Positions 19,037-29,900 are shown, counted from the first letter of the stretch. The stretch is DNA of 64,000 nucleotides from Actinomycetes bacterium (GCA_025360105.1 JANYCT010000095.1:12120-76119); one strand, 5' to 3'. Numbers and translations: made by a program. The notes: generated by a model not told the origin, from the letters alone.

Positions 19037-20725
19037 TCAACCAGTTGGTGCGAAGCTGATCTCGCTGATCGCACCGCGGTAGGGACGAGACTTGTTGCAC
19101 GCGCTGTCGCGGCCGACCTCGTGCAGCAGTACCAACACGTATCGGGCTGGTTCAGCGGTAATCGGGGCAGTGATCGTGCCGGGTGTGGTGTTGTACGACT
19201 TGCGTTGCACGGGAGCGCCCCACGATTCCACCGACGGAGGAATCGTTGCCGCGCTGCTGGCGAAGACCTCGAGTTGATACGGCGCATTCTTCATGGTGAT
19301 TGCCACCGTGCCCACGGCAGGGGTCGAGAGTTCGATGACGAGGCCCACCCCGGACTTGCCACCGAAGTACTGCGACTCGTAGCAGTTCGTGGTCCACGCA
19401 GTGGCAGCGTTGCGGTCGATGGCGAGGCCGACCTGATCGGGGTTCTCGGTTCCCTGATTCGGATCGTCAGGATCGAAGCTGGTGACGGCGACGATCGAGA
19501 TTGGACCCGACGCGCCGGCCACCGATGTGGCCGCGGCCGCCGCCTGTGTTGGCACCGGAGCGGGGAGTGCTGGGTTGGCCGGGGCCTTGGACGGCCACAA
19601 CAGTGCGATCATGATGACGGCCAACAGCAACAGCACCATGACCACAATCGTGGGGGTGCGGCGTTGCTGGAAGTGTCGAGCGGGGACACCTCGCGGACTC
19701 CCCGAGGTGGGTGTGCGATCGCGCGGCGGCGGCGCGATGATCGGCCGCGACGTGCTCTGCCGCGTGGAGTTGCTCGCTGGGCGCTCGGGTGTTGGGCGTT
19801 CTGGTGCTGGGCGTTCTGGACTCGTTGGTGTGTTGATCGATGTGCCGCGCGGCGGTGTGATCGTGGTCGTTGGATCGTCGACACCGCTCGCGATGCGAGT
19901 GAGGCGCGCCTTCAGTTCGCCACCGGTTCCGGGGCGATCGTCGGGGTTGCGGGCAAGCAGTTGGTGGATGAGGTTCGATAATCCGTACGGCAGTGTGGGC
20001 CGGAGACGGGCCAGATCGGTGGGTTCGCGCTGGAGCCGCGCGAGCGCCGTATCGGCGTCGCTCTCGCCGAGGAAGGGCACTCGGCCAGCGAGGCATTCGT
20101 ACAGCACGAGACCCAACGCATAGAGATCGGCACGCCCATCGAGCTTCTTGCCGCGTACCTGCTCGGGCGAGAGGTACTTCGCCGTCCCCATCATCACGTT
20201 GTCGCTAGTGAGGTCGTCAGTGCTCCCCAAACCCTTGGCAATGCCGAAGTCCGCGAGCAGCACGCGGCCGTCGGGAGTAATGAGGATGTTGCCGGGCTTG
20301 ACGTCACGATGGACGAGTCCAGCGGTGTGCGCAGCGTCGAGTGCACCCGCCACGCACGCGCCGATGTGCATGGTGAGCTCGGGACTCAGTCGTTTCTGCT
20401 CATCGAGCAGCTGGCGCAAGCTCTTGCCGTTGATGAGTTGCATCACCACGGCCTGGCGTCCGTCGTAGTCGATGGTGTCGTGCACCGCAACGATGTTTGG
20501 GTGGCTCAGACGAGCAACGGTGATGGCCTCACGACGAAACCGTTCGGCGACGACTGGGTCGGTGGCCAAGCCCGACTTGAGCACCTTGACGGCAACCTGA
20601 CGCGACAGCGAGGTGTCGGTGGCGAGCCACACTTCGGCCATACCACCTTGCGCGATTTTACGCTCCAGACGATAACGCTGGGCAAGAAGCGGCGGGGGCG
20701 GCAGTGGACTTGTGTTCGTGGGCAT
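19037..20725 (-). CDS. Transmembrane Ser/Thr protein kinase with an extracellular discoidin (F5/8 type C)-like domain
   Basis: ORF 19037-21136 trimmed to ATG 20725 because the extension overlaps degV. Catalytic motifs are intact: AQGGMAEV, VAVKVLK, HRDVKPGNIL, DFGIA, SPEQ. Pro-rich linker with ERPAPERPTPERP, TM helix IVVMVLLLLAVIMIALLW. C-terminal ...AIDRNAATAWTT...ARYVLVLL...ISEISF. Confidence 0.9.
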   Translation of the reverse strand: MPTNTSPLPPPPLLAQRYRLERKIAQGGMAEVWLATDTSLSRQVAVKVLKSGLATDPVVAERFRREAITVARLSHPNIVAVHDTIDYDGRQAVVMQLINGKSLRQLLDEQKRLSPELTMHIGACVAGALDAAHTAGLVHRDVKPGNILITPDGRVLLADFGIAKGLGSTDDLTSDNVMMGTAKYLSPEQVRGKKLDGRADLYALGLVLYECLAGRVPFLGESDADTALARLQREPTDLARLRPTLPYGLSNLIHQLLARNPDDRPGTGGELKARLTRIASGVDDPTTTITPPRGTSINTPTSPERPAPERPTPERPASNSTRQSTSRPIIAPPPRDRTPTSGSPRGVPARHFQQRRTPTIVVMVLLLLAVIMIALLWPSKAPANPALPAPVPTQAAAAATSVAGASGPISIVAVTSFDPDDPNQGTENPDQVGLAIDRNAATAWTTNCYESQYFGGKSGVGLVIELSTPAVGTVAITMKNAPYQLEVFASSAATIPPSVESWGAPVQRKSYNTTPGTITAPITAEPARYVLVLLHEVGRDSACNKSRPYRGAISEISFAPTG

Positions 20726-20810
20726 GGTTCGCGGGCGAACGCTAGTGCTGCAGCGGCCCGAGAAGCCGTCAATCGATGCGATGAGCCTGCTACGGGCCAG
20801 CTGGAGCCTT

Positions 20811-21647
20811 CTATTCGCGAACTTGAAAGGCGATGCCGATGGTGCCGCGGCCGGCATGGGTACCGACCACTGGGCCAATGTCGCCGATGACGATGTCGCC
20901 GCTGTAATGCGGGCGCAGCATTTCAACAAAGTGATCGACGTCGGAGCAATCGGCGTGCATGACGGCAAGGTTGTCGATCGGGCCGTAGCTCTGCAGCTTG
21001 TCGACGAGGAACGCGAGCGCCTTGCTGCGAGTGCGCTGCTTGCCACCCTCTTCCACCTTGCCGTCGCGCACCTCAATGATGGGCTTGATGGACAACACTG
21101 ACGCGAGCATCGCCTTTGCGCCGCCGATGCGTCCACCCTTCTTCAGGTTCTCGAGTGTGTCGAGGGCACCCCAGACCTTGGTACGGCTGGCGAGATCGGC
21201 AGCCATTGCGGCCACCGTCTCGAACGAGGCACTGTCTTTTGCCGCCCTGGCGCAGGCGGCCACCACGATGCCGAGCCCAAGTGTCGCCGACCGGCTGTCG
21301 ACCACGGTGATGGCAATCTCGTCGGCGACCGCGCGCGCAGCGAGTTCGGCACTCTGCATCGTTGCGGAGAGTCCGGCGCTGAGCGAGATGACCACGATGC
21401 CGGTGGCACCCTCCGCGATGAGTGTGCGGTAGGTCTGTTCGAACTGACCAGGTGCCGGGGCCGCCGTCTCGGGCAGAGTCGCCGATGCAGCGGAACGTGC
21501 CCAGAACTCGGCCGGAGTGAGGTCACGCCGGTCGATGAACTCGTCGTTGCCGAATCGAATCGACAGCGGCACGATCTCGATGCCAAGGTCATCGGCGACG
21601 GATTGTGGAAGATCACAGGCACTATCAGTAACGATACGAACGGTCAC
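20811..21647 (-). CDS. DegV family fatty-acid-binding protein
   Basis: 278 aa. MTVRIVTDSACDLPQSVADDLGIEIVPLSIRFG is typical of DegV. 4-nt overlap with the upstream gene. Confidence 0.9.
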   Translation of the reverse strand: MTVRIVTDSACDLPQSVADDLGIEIVPLSIRFGNDEFIDRRDLTPAEFWARSAASATLPETAAPAPGQFEQTYRTLIAEGATGIVVISLSAGLSATMQSAELAARAVADEIAITVVDSRSATLGLGIVVAACARAAKDSASFETVAAMAADLASRTKVWGALDTLENLKKGGRIGGAKAMLASVLSIKPIIEVRDGKVEEGGKQRTRSKALAFLVDKLQSYGPIDNLAVMHADCSDVDHFVEMLRPHYSGDIVIGDIGPVVGTHAGRGTIGIAFQVRE

Positions 21648-23698
21648 GAATCCGCGACGTTAGCCGAACCGGCGCCGCCCTCATCACTGGTCTGGGTGGC
21701 GGGGTGGTGTGGCATTGTGTGGCGATGGCCGCGCTTGCGACGCGTCGTTCGCATGTGACGAACCCACCAGGTGAGCAGCACCAACAGCAATCCGCCGGTG
21801 AGGAGTTGCGCGAGTCCGGTGAGAGCGCTGACTCGGGCCTTGAGGAATTGTGTCGGGGCCAAGGGCGTGGTGGCATCGGGCGTGAGGATGTCGAGCGATA
21901 CAGGGAAGCTGCCGTTTGAACGCGCAATGACGGGCACGGCGACATCGGTGACCCCCTTGGGCTCGAGTTGCACTGTTTGATCGCCTGCCGGGAAGGTGAG
22001 CTTGGTGGAACTCATCCTCACCAGTACTCGCAACGGCTCGGCGCCGGTGTTCTCGAGTCGTATTCGAATGGTGGTGCGTCGTCCGCCGAGGGTGAACGCA
22101 TAGGCGGGCCGTGGGCTGACGGCGCCGGCGATTGCGTCGAACTCTCCGGTGAGCGATGCAGCGGTGGCGTTGACCTCGGCATCGGTGAGCGCGGTGGACG
22201 TGAGCACGTCGATGGTCTCGTTCCAACGCGCCGCGCGACCACCGTCCGCAACGAGCATGCCCCCGACGGTGCCAGCGCGAGTGCTCAGCGCCGCGAGGGT
22301 GGCCAAGCGGGTTGAGATGTCGATCGCTGGAGTTGCGCCGAGCACGATCTGCACAGGCAGACCATCGACCAGCATGGTGGTGGTGGAACGCTCGAGCCCA
22401 TCAAACGTCACGAAGTCAACAGCTTCGGTCGGAGCGAGCAACGCCTGTATCCGCGCCAACAGTGTTGGATTCGGCACACCGCCTCGTCGGAGTCCGATGA
22501 CCATGCTGTGTCCGGCAACCGGAGTCGCAGCCGCAGCGGCCTGATCGCGCGCGGCAATCAGGTCTGCGGCCGCATACAACGCTGCCTGCTCCGGGGTGAG
22601 CAGTGAGTTGTTGAGTCGGTCGGCCAACACGGGATCGATGACCATCGTGGGCATCACCGTGCTGTCGGGGAGTTGTGTCTGAAGGAGCTGTGTGGTGTCG
22701 GTGAACCCTCCGAGCGAACCCGTGGCCGAGGCATACTCGTCGGGCGACAGCACCAACATCCGGGTACCGAGGTTGCGGAGCAGCGATGCGCCTGCGGTCG
22801 TCAACTGACTCGTTGACAGCCAGACGGCGCGGTCGCTCGGTGGTGTTGCGTCAAGGGCACTGATGGCATTCTCGCCTTCGCGGAGCCACCTCGTGAAGAG
22901 GGCCTCTTGTGAAGCGGCGGCGGCAGCCGATGGGTCAAGCGGTACGCGAGGTTGCGACAACGTCAGGTTGCCGGTGAAGACTTGGCGCAAGTTATCGCGT
23001 GTCGTTGCGTCGACCCGATCGAGAAGTTCAGGACTGATCGCAACCGACAGCGGAACGGCCTTGGGAAAGCTGATGAGATCAGTCAGAGCCTGGGTGACCG
23101 TTGGATCGAGGGGCGTCTCGGATCCGGGTATCGCAGGAGGTGCGGTGATCGATGCCGCAACGGACACGTTGAGGGAACCCAGTGACGCCTCGCCGGGCGT
23201 CCCGAGTCGATCAACGAAGGTGGTGAGTTCGGCGACGACATCGGAGGTGTTGCGCACATCGACGAGAATGGGGTACAAGCCCTGTTGAGCGAACTGCAGC
23301 GTGTCTGACGACCGTGTCGATGTTGCAGTCGGAACAGTGATGGTCGTGACACCATTGGAGTCGGTCGTGATGGCACTTGGTGTGACGTCGACGGTATCGA
23401 TCGAGCGCGAGAGTTTGCCGTTGATGGTCGCTGCGAGATCGAGGCGGCTCTGTATGCGTTGGTACGCCGTCACCACGATCGTGCCGTCGACGGGCAGCAG
23501 TTGGTCGAGGTGAAAACTGATGGTCAGCGGTGCCTCGGGGTCAAGAGCAAGGCTCTGGCGCACGAGCGTAATGGGTTGCAGCGTGCTAGCAGATCGAGCA
23601 GGCGCGGCGGCGGAGGTGGCCTCAGTCGCCCCGACGAACGCCAGCGCCACCGGCGCGAGCATGACTGCTGCTGCGAGGGCCGCTCGGCGTGTCGTCAC
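21644..23698 (-). CDS. Large secreted, C-terminally anchored protein (Rv3909/DUF6049-like by position)
   Basis: 684 aa. Signal peptide MTTRRAALAAAVMLAPVALAFVGATEA, C-terminal TM helix LTGGLLLVLLTWWV followed by a basic tail. The family assignment rests on synteny and memory only. Confidence 0.55.
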   Translation of the reverse strand: MTTRRAALAAAVMLAPVALAFVGATEATSAAAPARSASTLQPITLVRQSLALDPEAPLTISFHLDQLLPVDGTIVVTAYQRIQSRLDLAATINGKLSRSIDTVDVTPSAITTDSNGVTTITVPTATSTRSSDTLQFAQQGLYPILVDVRNTSDVVAELTTFVDRLGTPGEASLGSLNVSVAASITAPPAIPGSETPLDPTVTQALTDLISFPKAVPLSVAISPELLDRVDATTRDNLRQVFTGNLTLSQPRVPLDPSAAAAASQEALFTRWLREGENAISALDATPPSDRAVWLSTSQLTTAGASLLRNLGTRMLVLSPDEYASATGSLGGFTDTTQLLQTQLPDSTVMPTMVIDPVLADRLNNSLLTPEQAALYAAADLIAARDQAAAAATPVAGHSMVIGLRRGGVPNPTLLARIQALLAPTEAVDFVTFDGLERSTTTMLVDGLPVQIVLGATPAIDISTRLATLAALSTRAGTVGGMLVADGGRAARWNETIDVLTSTALTDAEVNATAASLTGEFDAIAGAVSPRPAYAFTLGGRRTTIRIRLENTGAEPLRVLVRMSSTKLTFPAGDQTVQLEPKGVTDVAVPVIARSNGSFPVSLDILTPDATTPLAPTQFLKARVSALTGLAQLLTGGLLLVLLTWWVRHMRTTRRKRGHRHTMPHHPATQTSDEGGAGSANVADS

Positions 23699-24498
23699 AG
23701 ATCGTCCAACCCACGGGTGAGCACCCTAAGACCGTGAGGCAGGACTCTGAAGCCCATGTCGAGATACAGACCGAGCGCTACCTCGTTGTCGACGTGAGTA
23801 TTCACCATGGCGCGGGTGAGTCTGCGACGCTGCATCCAGATCAGTGAATCACGCGTGAGGCTCCGGCCTGCACCGCGACCCTGGTACACGGGGTGCACCG
23901 CCAGTCGTTGGAGGTAGCCGGTGTGATCGGCGCGTCCGGTGATGGCGTAGGCAATGGGACCACTCGAGTTGAATTGAGCACCGTCGACGGATCGGGAGCG
24001 ATGGGTCGGCGTTGCAGCGCAGGTTTCCGCAATGCCGATCGAGTCCATTGCCCATGTGTCACCGAATGCGGCGAGATCGACCACGGCCGCGGCCGGACGA
24101 TCACGCACGCGAAGCCGATCGGCACGCACCCCGTTGTCGGTTGGCGCGCGCCAACCAATGAGGGAGAGATCGAGCAGATGCAACCGCTGCATTACCTGAA
24201 ATCCCTGGCGCTGCAGTGTGTCGGCGCCGCTCTCGGTGACCGCGCCCGAGCGGACGGCAGTGAAGCCCCTCGCGCGTAGTTCGCCGAGCCACACACGCAG
24301 CACCGTGCTCGACGGAACGAGTCCGTGTTCGGTGAAGGTGAGTTGCGCGACCGTTGGGTTGTGCCACCACGGGCGCACACGCGCCCGCCCGGCGCCGCTG
24401 TGAAGAACGAGCGGCCATTCGACTCCGCCGGGCGAGGCGGTTCGGGCACGGGAGCTCACGTCTGTGACCGTAGCGCCGGCGGGCGCGCCCGAACGCAC
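23695..24498 (-). CDS. GNAT family N-acetyltransferase
   Basis: 267 aa. C-terminal acetyl-CoA motif LAVHPVYQGRGAGRSL...ALGLYLDMGF. The N-terminal start is uncertain. Confidence 0.7.
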   Translation of the reverse strand: MRSGAPAGATVTDVSSRARTASPGGVEWPLVLHSGAGRARVRPWWHNPTVAQLTFTEHGLVPSSTVLRVWLGELRARGFTAVRSGAVTESGADTLQRQGFQVMQRLHLLDLSLIGWRAPTDNGVRADRLRVRDRPAAAVVDLAAFGDTWAMDSIGIAETCAATPTHRSRSVDGAQFNSSGPIAYAITGRADHTGYLQRLAVHPVYQGRGAGRSLTRDSLIWMQRRRLTRAMVNTHVDNEVALGLYLDMGFRVLPHGLRVLTRGLDDL

Positions 24499-24518
24499 AG
24501 CGATCCTTCTATTGTGGG

Positions 24519-25532
24519 GTGGTGGCAGTGCTGTTTTCGACTCATCCTGCGTATCTCGATCACATTGCGGGGCGCAATCACCCTGAGCGTCCCGAGCGAC
24601 TCAATGCTGTCATTGCGGGCAGCCACCTTGCTGAGGTTGCTGACGCGTTGGTTCCACTCGAACCGATGCCAGCCCCTCTCGAGATCGTCGAGCGTGTGCA
24701 CCCTGCTGCCTATCTCGCCCACCTCAAGGTGATCAGCGAAACAGGGGGTGGTCGGCTCGATCCTGATACGGCGCTGAGTGCTGGCTCGTGGAAGGCGGCA
24801 CTGTTGGCGGCCGGTGCGGGCCTGACCGCGATCGCCGCCTTGCAGGGTGGTGAGGCTGATGCAGCCTTTTGTGCTGTGCGGCCCCCAGGGCATCACGCAA
24901 CGCCTGACGAGTCGATGGGTTTCTGCTTGATCTCCAACGTTGCAGTTGCGGCCATGGCCCTTGCTGATCAGGGAGAGCGGGTCATGATCTTGGACTATGA
25001 CGCGCATCATGGCAACGGCACTGAGGCGGTCTTCTTCGGCGACCCGCGGGTGCTGTTCGTGTCGTTCCATCAGTGGCCGCTGTATCCCGGTACCGGCGCG
25101 GCTCATGACGTCGGATCCGGTGCCGGGCGTGGTTACACGATGAACATCCCCCTCCCACCCGACGCGACGGGTGATCACTATCTCCGCGCGTTCGACGAGT
25201 TGGTCGTGCCGCGTGCCGCTGCATTCGGGCCGACGTGGTTGATCATCTCTGCGGGTTTCGATGGTCATCGTGATGATCCGATCACCGATCTTGGATTGTC
25301 CTCGGGTGACTACGCGCTGTTGACACAACGAGCGCTCACACTGGTGCCGGCGGGTCGCCGCCTGGTGATGCTCGAGGGTGGCTACGACTTGCGCGCACTC
25401 ACGCTGTGTACCGCAGCGGTGCTCGGCGCTCTTGCCGGTCGCCATGTGCAGCCCGAACCCCTCACGAACGGTGGCCCCGGCTCGGCCAATGTCGACGGAT
25501 GCCTCGACATCTGGTCCGAGATCCCGGTGTGA
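24519..25532 (+). CDS. Histone deacetylase-family amidohydrolase (AcuC/HDAC class II-like)
   Basis: 337 aa. ...HPERPERL..., RPPGHHA, ILDYDAHHGNGTEAVF, and the SAGFDGH motif. Confidence 0.9.
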   Translation: MVAVLFSTHPAYLDHIAGRNHPERPERLNAVIAGSHLAEVADALVPLEPMPAPLEIVERVHPAAYLAHLKVISETGGGRLDPDTALSAGSWKAALLAAGAGLTAIAALQGGEADAAFCAVRPPGHHATPDESMGFCLISNVAVAAMALADQGERVMILDYDAHHGNGTEAVFFGDPRVLFVSFHQWPLYPGTGAAHDVGSGAGRGYTMNIPLPPDATGDHYLRAFDELVVPRAAAFGPTWLIISAGFDGHRDDPITDLGLSSGDYALLTQRALTLVPAGRRLVMLEGGYDLRALTLCTAAVLGALAGRHVQPEPLTNGGPGSANVDGCLDIWSEIPV

Positions 25533-25534
25533 CG

Positions 25535-26941
25535 ATGATCCCTGAACGATTTGCTCCGATCCTGGCCGAACTGGCGCCCCTCACGGATCGCTTCCGGTCC
25601 GCCGGAAAGCGGTTGTACCTCGTCGGAGGCACAGTGCGTGATTTACTGATCGACCGCCTTAGCGACGATCGTGACTACGACGCCACCACCGATGCCTTGC
25701 CGGGTGAGATCAAGGCATGCCTCGAGGGTTGGGCAGACGCGATCTGGACCCAGGGTGAGAAGTTCGGCACGATCGGGGCGAAGAAGGGCGATCGGATCTA
25801 CGAAATCACGACCCACCGCGCCGAGGTGTATCTCGAGGATTCACGAAAGCCCGCAGTCACATTTGCGAGCGAGATCGAGGTCGATCTCTCGCGTCGCGAC
25901 TTCACGGTGAACGCAATGGCACTCGAACTCACGAGCGAATCGCCAACGCTGGTCGATCCATTCGGAGGGGCAGCAGACCTCGCGACTCGAACGTTGCGCA
26001 CGCCATTGGCACCTGAGATCAGCTTCAGCGACGATCCCCTTCGGATGTTGCGAGCGGCCCGATTCATCGCTGGCTACCAACTGCAGCCACAACCCGAACT
26101 CGTGGCAGCGGTGCGCGCAATGTACGCACGGTTGGCGATCGTGTCGGCGGAGCGGGTTCGTGACGAGCTCGACAAGTTGATGGTCGTCGACCATCCCGCT
26201 GATGGCCTGTACTTCTTGGTCGACACCGGCCTCGCAGGTGAATTCCTGCCTGAACTGCCCGCGATGCGGCTCGAGCAGGATCCCATTCATCGACATAAGG
26301 ATGTGTTGACCCACACGATTGCCGTGGTCGAGAACGTGACCCGCGATTTCCCGGGTGAGTACGACTTTCGTCGCACCCGTCTCGCCGCACTGCTGCACGA
26401 CGTGGGTAAACCCCGAACTCGCGGCTACCTGAAGGGCAAGGGTGTCACGTTCCATCATCACGAAGTCGTTGGTGCGCGCATGGCCCGAACCCGCCTGCAA
26501 GCGTTGCGCTATAGCAACGACGACGTCGACGCGATCACCGAACTGGTGGCGCTCCACCTTCGCTTTCACGGTTACGAGGCCGGTTGGACCGACTCTGCGG
26601 TACGTCGGTACGTGCACGACGCCGGCCCGTTGCTCGCTGAGTTGAACGTGTTGACCCGCTGCGATTGCACGACCCGCAACGAAAAGAAAGCCGTGATGCT
26701 CAGTCGCCGGATGGACGATCTCGAGCTACGCATCGCGCAACTCGCGGCGCAGGAGGAAATGAAAGCGATCCGCCCGGAAATGGACGGATCTCAAGTGATG
26801 GCGCACCTCGGACTGACGCCCGGTCCGGCGGTAGGCACAGCGATGAAGTTCCTGCTCGAGGTGCGATTGGAAGAGGGAATCCTCGGTGACGAGGCCATTC
26901 GAAATCGTCTCGCATCATGGTGGCGCACACACGGAGAGTGA
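25535..26941 (+). CDS. cca: CCA tRNA nucleotidyltransferase / poly(A) polymerase with HD domain (Rv3907c PcnA position)
   Basis: ORF 25406-26941 trimmed to ATG 25535, 2 nt after the HDAC stop. LYLVGGTVRDLL, RRDFTVNAM, and HD motif HDVGKP. Confidence 0.9.
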   Translation: MIPERFAPILAELAPLTDRFRSAGKRLYLVGGTVRDLLIDRLSDDRDYDATTDALPGEIKACLEGWADAIWTQGEKFGTIGAKKGDRIYEITTHRAEVYLEDSRKPAVTFASEIEVDLSRRDFTVNAMALELTSESPTLVDPFGGAADLATRTLRTPLAPEISFSDDPLRMLRAARFIAGYQLQPQPELVAAVRAMYARLAIVSAERVRDELDKLMVVDHPADGLYFLVDTGLAGEFLPELPAMRLEQDPIHRHKDVLTHTIAVVENVTRDFPGEYDFRRTRLAALLHDVGKPRTRGYLKGKGVTFHHHEVVGARMARTRLQALRYSNDDVDAITELVALHLRFHGYEAGWTDSAVRRYVHDAGPLLAELNVLTRCDCTTRNEKKAVMLSRRMDDLELRIAQLAAQEEMKAIRPEMDGSQVMAHLGLTPGPAVGTAMKFLLEVRLEEGILGDEAIRNRLASWWRTHGE

Positions 26942-26987
26942 GTTACACTCCCTCAGCGGTTACTTCACCACTTGACGTGGGAAGCTG

Positions 26988-29900
26988 ATGGAACAAGGCG
27001 GAGCAGCGCTGGTGGGTGTGCAACTGGTGGACGGCAAACGAGATGCGGAGCGCAACGCCACGGCGTTGAACGCAATCGCGCCCGTGCCCATGTGGCGCCC
27101 TTTGCTCAGTTTTGACCAGATGTTCTCGGCCGTCGTTGTACGAACTCTCGTCGTCGGAATCCTGGCCGCCTGCTTCGTGCTGAACATGATCGAGATCCTG
27201 CGTGCCGGTTGGAATGCCGACAACTGGGGAATCCTTGGTGACTATTCCGAGCTGTTCATGCCGATGCTGGCCGCACTCTTACTGGCGCGCCGGGCGCGCC
27301 AGAATCCGCGGCGCGGCTGGGCGTGGATGTCTCTCGGGGCGATCTCGTGGGCGATCGGCCAAGCCGTATGGATGGTCATCCAGTATGGAATGCACGAGGA
27401 CCCGACCGTGTCGGTCGCGACGATCGGTTTTGTCGGTTGGGCGGTACTCACCACGATCGGTCTGATGAAGCTTGGTGGCCGATCGAGCGCCTTGGCGAGT
27501 GTCAGCAATGTGATCGCGGAATCGCTGGTGTTGGCCGCGTCGCTGGGATTTCTGTTGTGGGAGTTGGTCCTGTCGCCGTCGGTAACCGACCAGAGCAACT
27601 TCAACGTCGTGATGCTCGCGATCGTGCCGCTGAGTTCGTCGTTCGTGATCTCCTCCGCGCTGTTGATGTGCCTGCACGAGCGGCCCCCCGTCATCGTCGT
27701 CGTCGGTGTGGCCGCCTTCGTATTGTTGACAGCGGACTCGTTCCTCACGGTGTGGTTTGCGGACAACGCCGCAGTTCTGACGGTCGCACATTTCTTGTAC
27801 CTGCTCACCTTCGTGTTGGTGGGTGTTGCGGCGCTGCTGCCGCACCGGGTGTCGCGGCCGCCGGTTCGATCGAGCCTGCGACGGCTCGTGATCGTGTACC
27901 TGCCGCTCTCTGTTGCGATCTGGACCGGGGTCTGGCGATATCTCGTCCAGCGCCATGAGGCCTCGATCGTGAGTATCGCCCTCGCTCTGGCCGCCGGTTT
28001 CCTGGTTGCACTCAGCCAGGTGGCCGCGTGGTTTGATTCGGGCAAACTGGCTGAGCGGCTGCAGAACAACGTGATCAGACTGCGCCAGGCCGAGAAAGAG
28101 TTGCGTACGTTGCTCGACGATCTCCCTGAGGCGCTTGTGGTACTCAGCTCCAATGGCACGATTCGAGACCTCAATGCTTTGACCCTGCGACTGACCGGGC
28201 AAAGCCGAGAGGAATTGATCGGCCAGTCGTTCGCGCGCATGGTCGACGAGACTGATCTCGCGCGCCTCGGCGTGTTGTGGCGCCAGATGTTGCACGAAGA
28301 ACACGTCGACAAGCCCACATTCATGCTCACGCATGTGAACGGCTCGGTGGCGATTGTCGAGGCCGATGTCAACACACCGATTCACGACCCCGAGTGCATC
28401 GTGGTTGCACTGCGCGATGTCACTCAGCGCCTCGCCGAGTCGGCTGAATTGGAGCAGGCGCAAACTCGATTCCGTCTTGCATTCCAGTCAGCGCCGACAG
28501 GCATGGCCATGTCATCGGCCGGCACCGGTCGCTTGCTCGACGTGAACGAGACCTTGGCCGAGATGCTCGGCGCTTCACGCGAATTCCTTGTCGGTAGATC
28601 GGTCGAGGACATCACTCACCCCGACGATTGGAACGCCAACAAGGTGGAGCTGGATCGCGCCCTCGATGGAACCGTGGCCAGCTACAAGCTCGACAAGCGC
28701 TACCTACGCGCCGATGGGCAAGTCGTGTGGGCGCGCACGTCGGCCAGCGTGATGAGCGATCCAACCGGTAACGCGATTGTGATCGCGCACGTCGAGGACA
28801 TCACCGAGCAACGTCGCACGGCAGCACACCTTCAATGGGCGGCGAGTCACGACGAACTCACCGGACTCCCCAACCGAGCCCACTTCTTGGAGCAACTTCG
28901 CCGCCGCCTCGATGGTGCGGAGTTGGGCTCGATCGCGGTCCTATTCATCGATCTCGACAACTTCAAGGTGGTGAACGACAGCCTCGGCCATGCAGTTGGT
29001 GATCAACTGCTGCGAGCGATGAGCGAACGTCTCCGGTCGGTGGTTCGTGACCGCGACATGCTCGGCAGGTTCGGCGGCGACGAGTTCATTGTGATGCTCG
29101 ACGGTCTCCAACTCGACGTGTCGCCGGCAGACGTCGCCGAGCGTTTACTGCGTGCGATTTCACAGCCGCTCACGGTGGAGGAATCCGAACTGTACGTGAG
29201 CGGCAGTATCGGCATTGCCTTCTCCGATCGAGTCGGAGTGACAGCGGACGAACTGTTGCGCGACGCGGATGCAGCGATGTATCGCGCCAAGGCACGCGGG
29301 AGAGACTGCATCGAGGTCTTCGCACCGGGAACGCACGAGACATCTGTACTCACCCTGCGCACATCGGGCGAGTTACGTCATGGCCTCGAGCGCGGCGAGA
29401 TCGTCCCCTACTACCAGCCGATCGTTGACCTCGCGACTGGCCAACTCACGGGTTTCGAGGTGCTCGCCCGGTGGCGCCATCCTGATCGTGGTCTGCTCGG
29501 CCCCGATCAATTTCTGCCGATGGCCGAGGAGACCGGCCTCATCGCCGACGTAGGTGCGGCAATTCTGCGTGCGTCATTGGCGCAACTGGGACTCTGGCAG
29601 GCCAACGTGGCCACGCTGGCCAATGTCTCGATCGCGGTCAATGTGTCGGTGCGTCAACTCGTCGACGCGCGATTCCACGATGTGGTGGCCGAGACGCTCG
29701 CCGAGACTGGCGTGTTGGCTGACTCGTTGTGGCTCGAGATCACGGAGACCGCGTTGATGAGCGATGTGAAGTCAGCGACCATCGCGTTGCGAAATCTGCG
29801 CAGCCTCGGACTGCATCTGTCGGTCGACGACTTCGGAACCGGCTACTCGTCGCTCACCTATCTGAAGCGCTTTCCCGTGGAGGCGATCAAGGTGGATCGC

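Noticed and set aside
18692-19981. 429-aa plus-strand ORF.
   Set aside because: It is antisense to the ECF sigma and Ser/Thr kinase genes, which have clear motifs. Its Arg/Gly/Ala-rich composition is typical of shadow frames in high-GC DNA.
24456-25445. 329-aa minus-strand ORF.
   Set aside because: It lies entirely antisense to the HDAC-family gene, which has diagnostic motifs. It has no recognisable motifs and a shadow-frame composition.
27242-28463. 377-aa and 394-aa minus-strand ORFs.
   Set aside because: They are antisense to the PAS-GGDEF-EAL gene. Their composition (Arg/His/Gln or Ser/Thr runs) is not protein-like.
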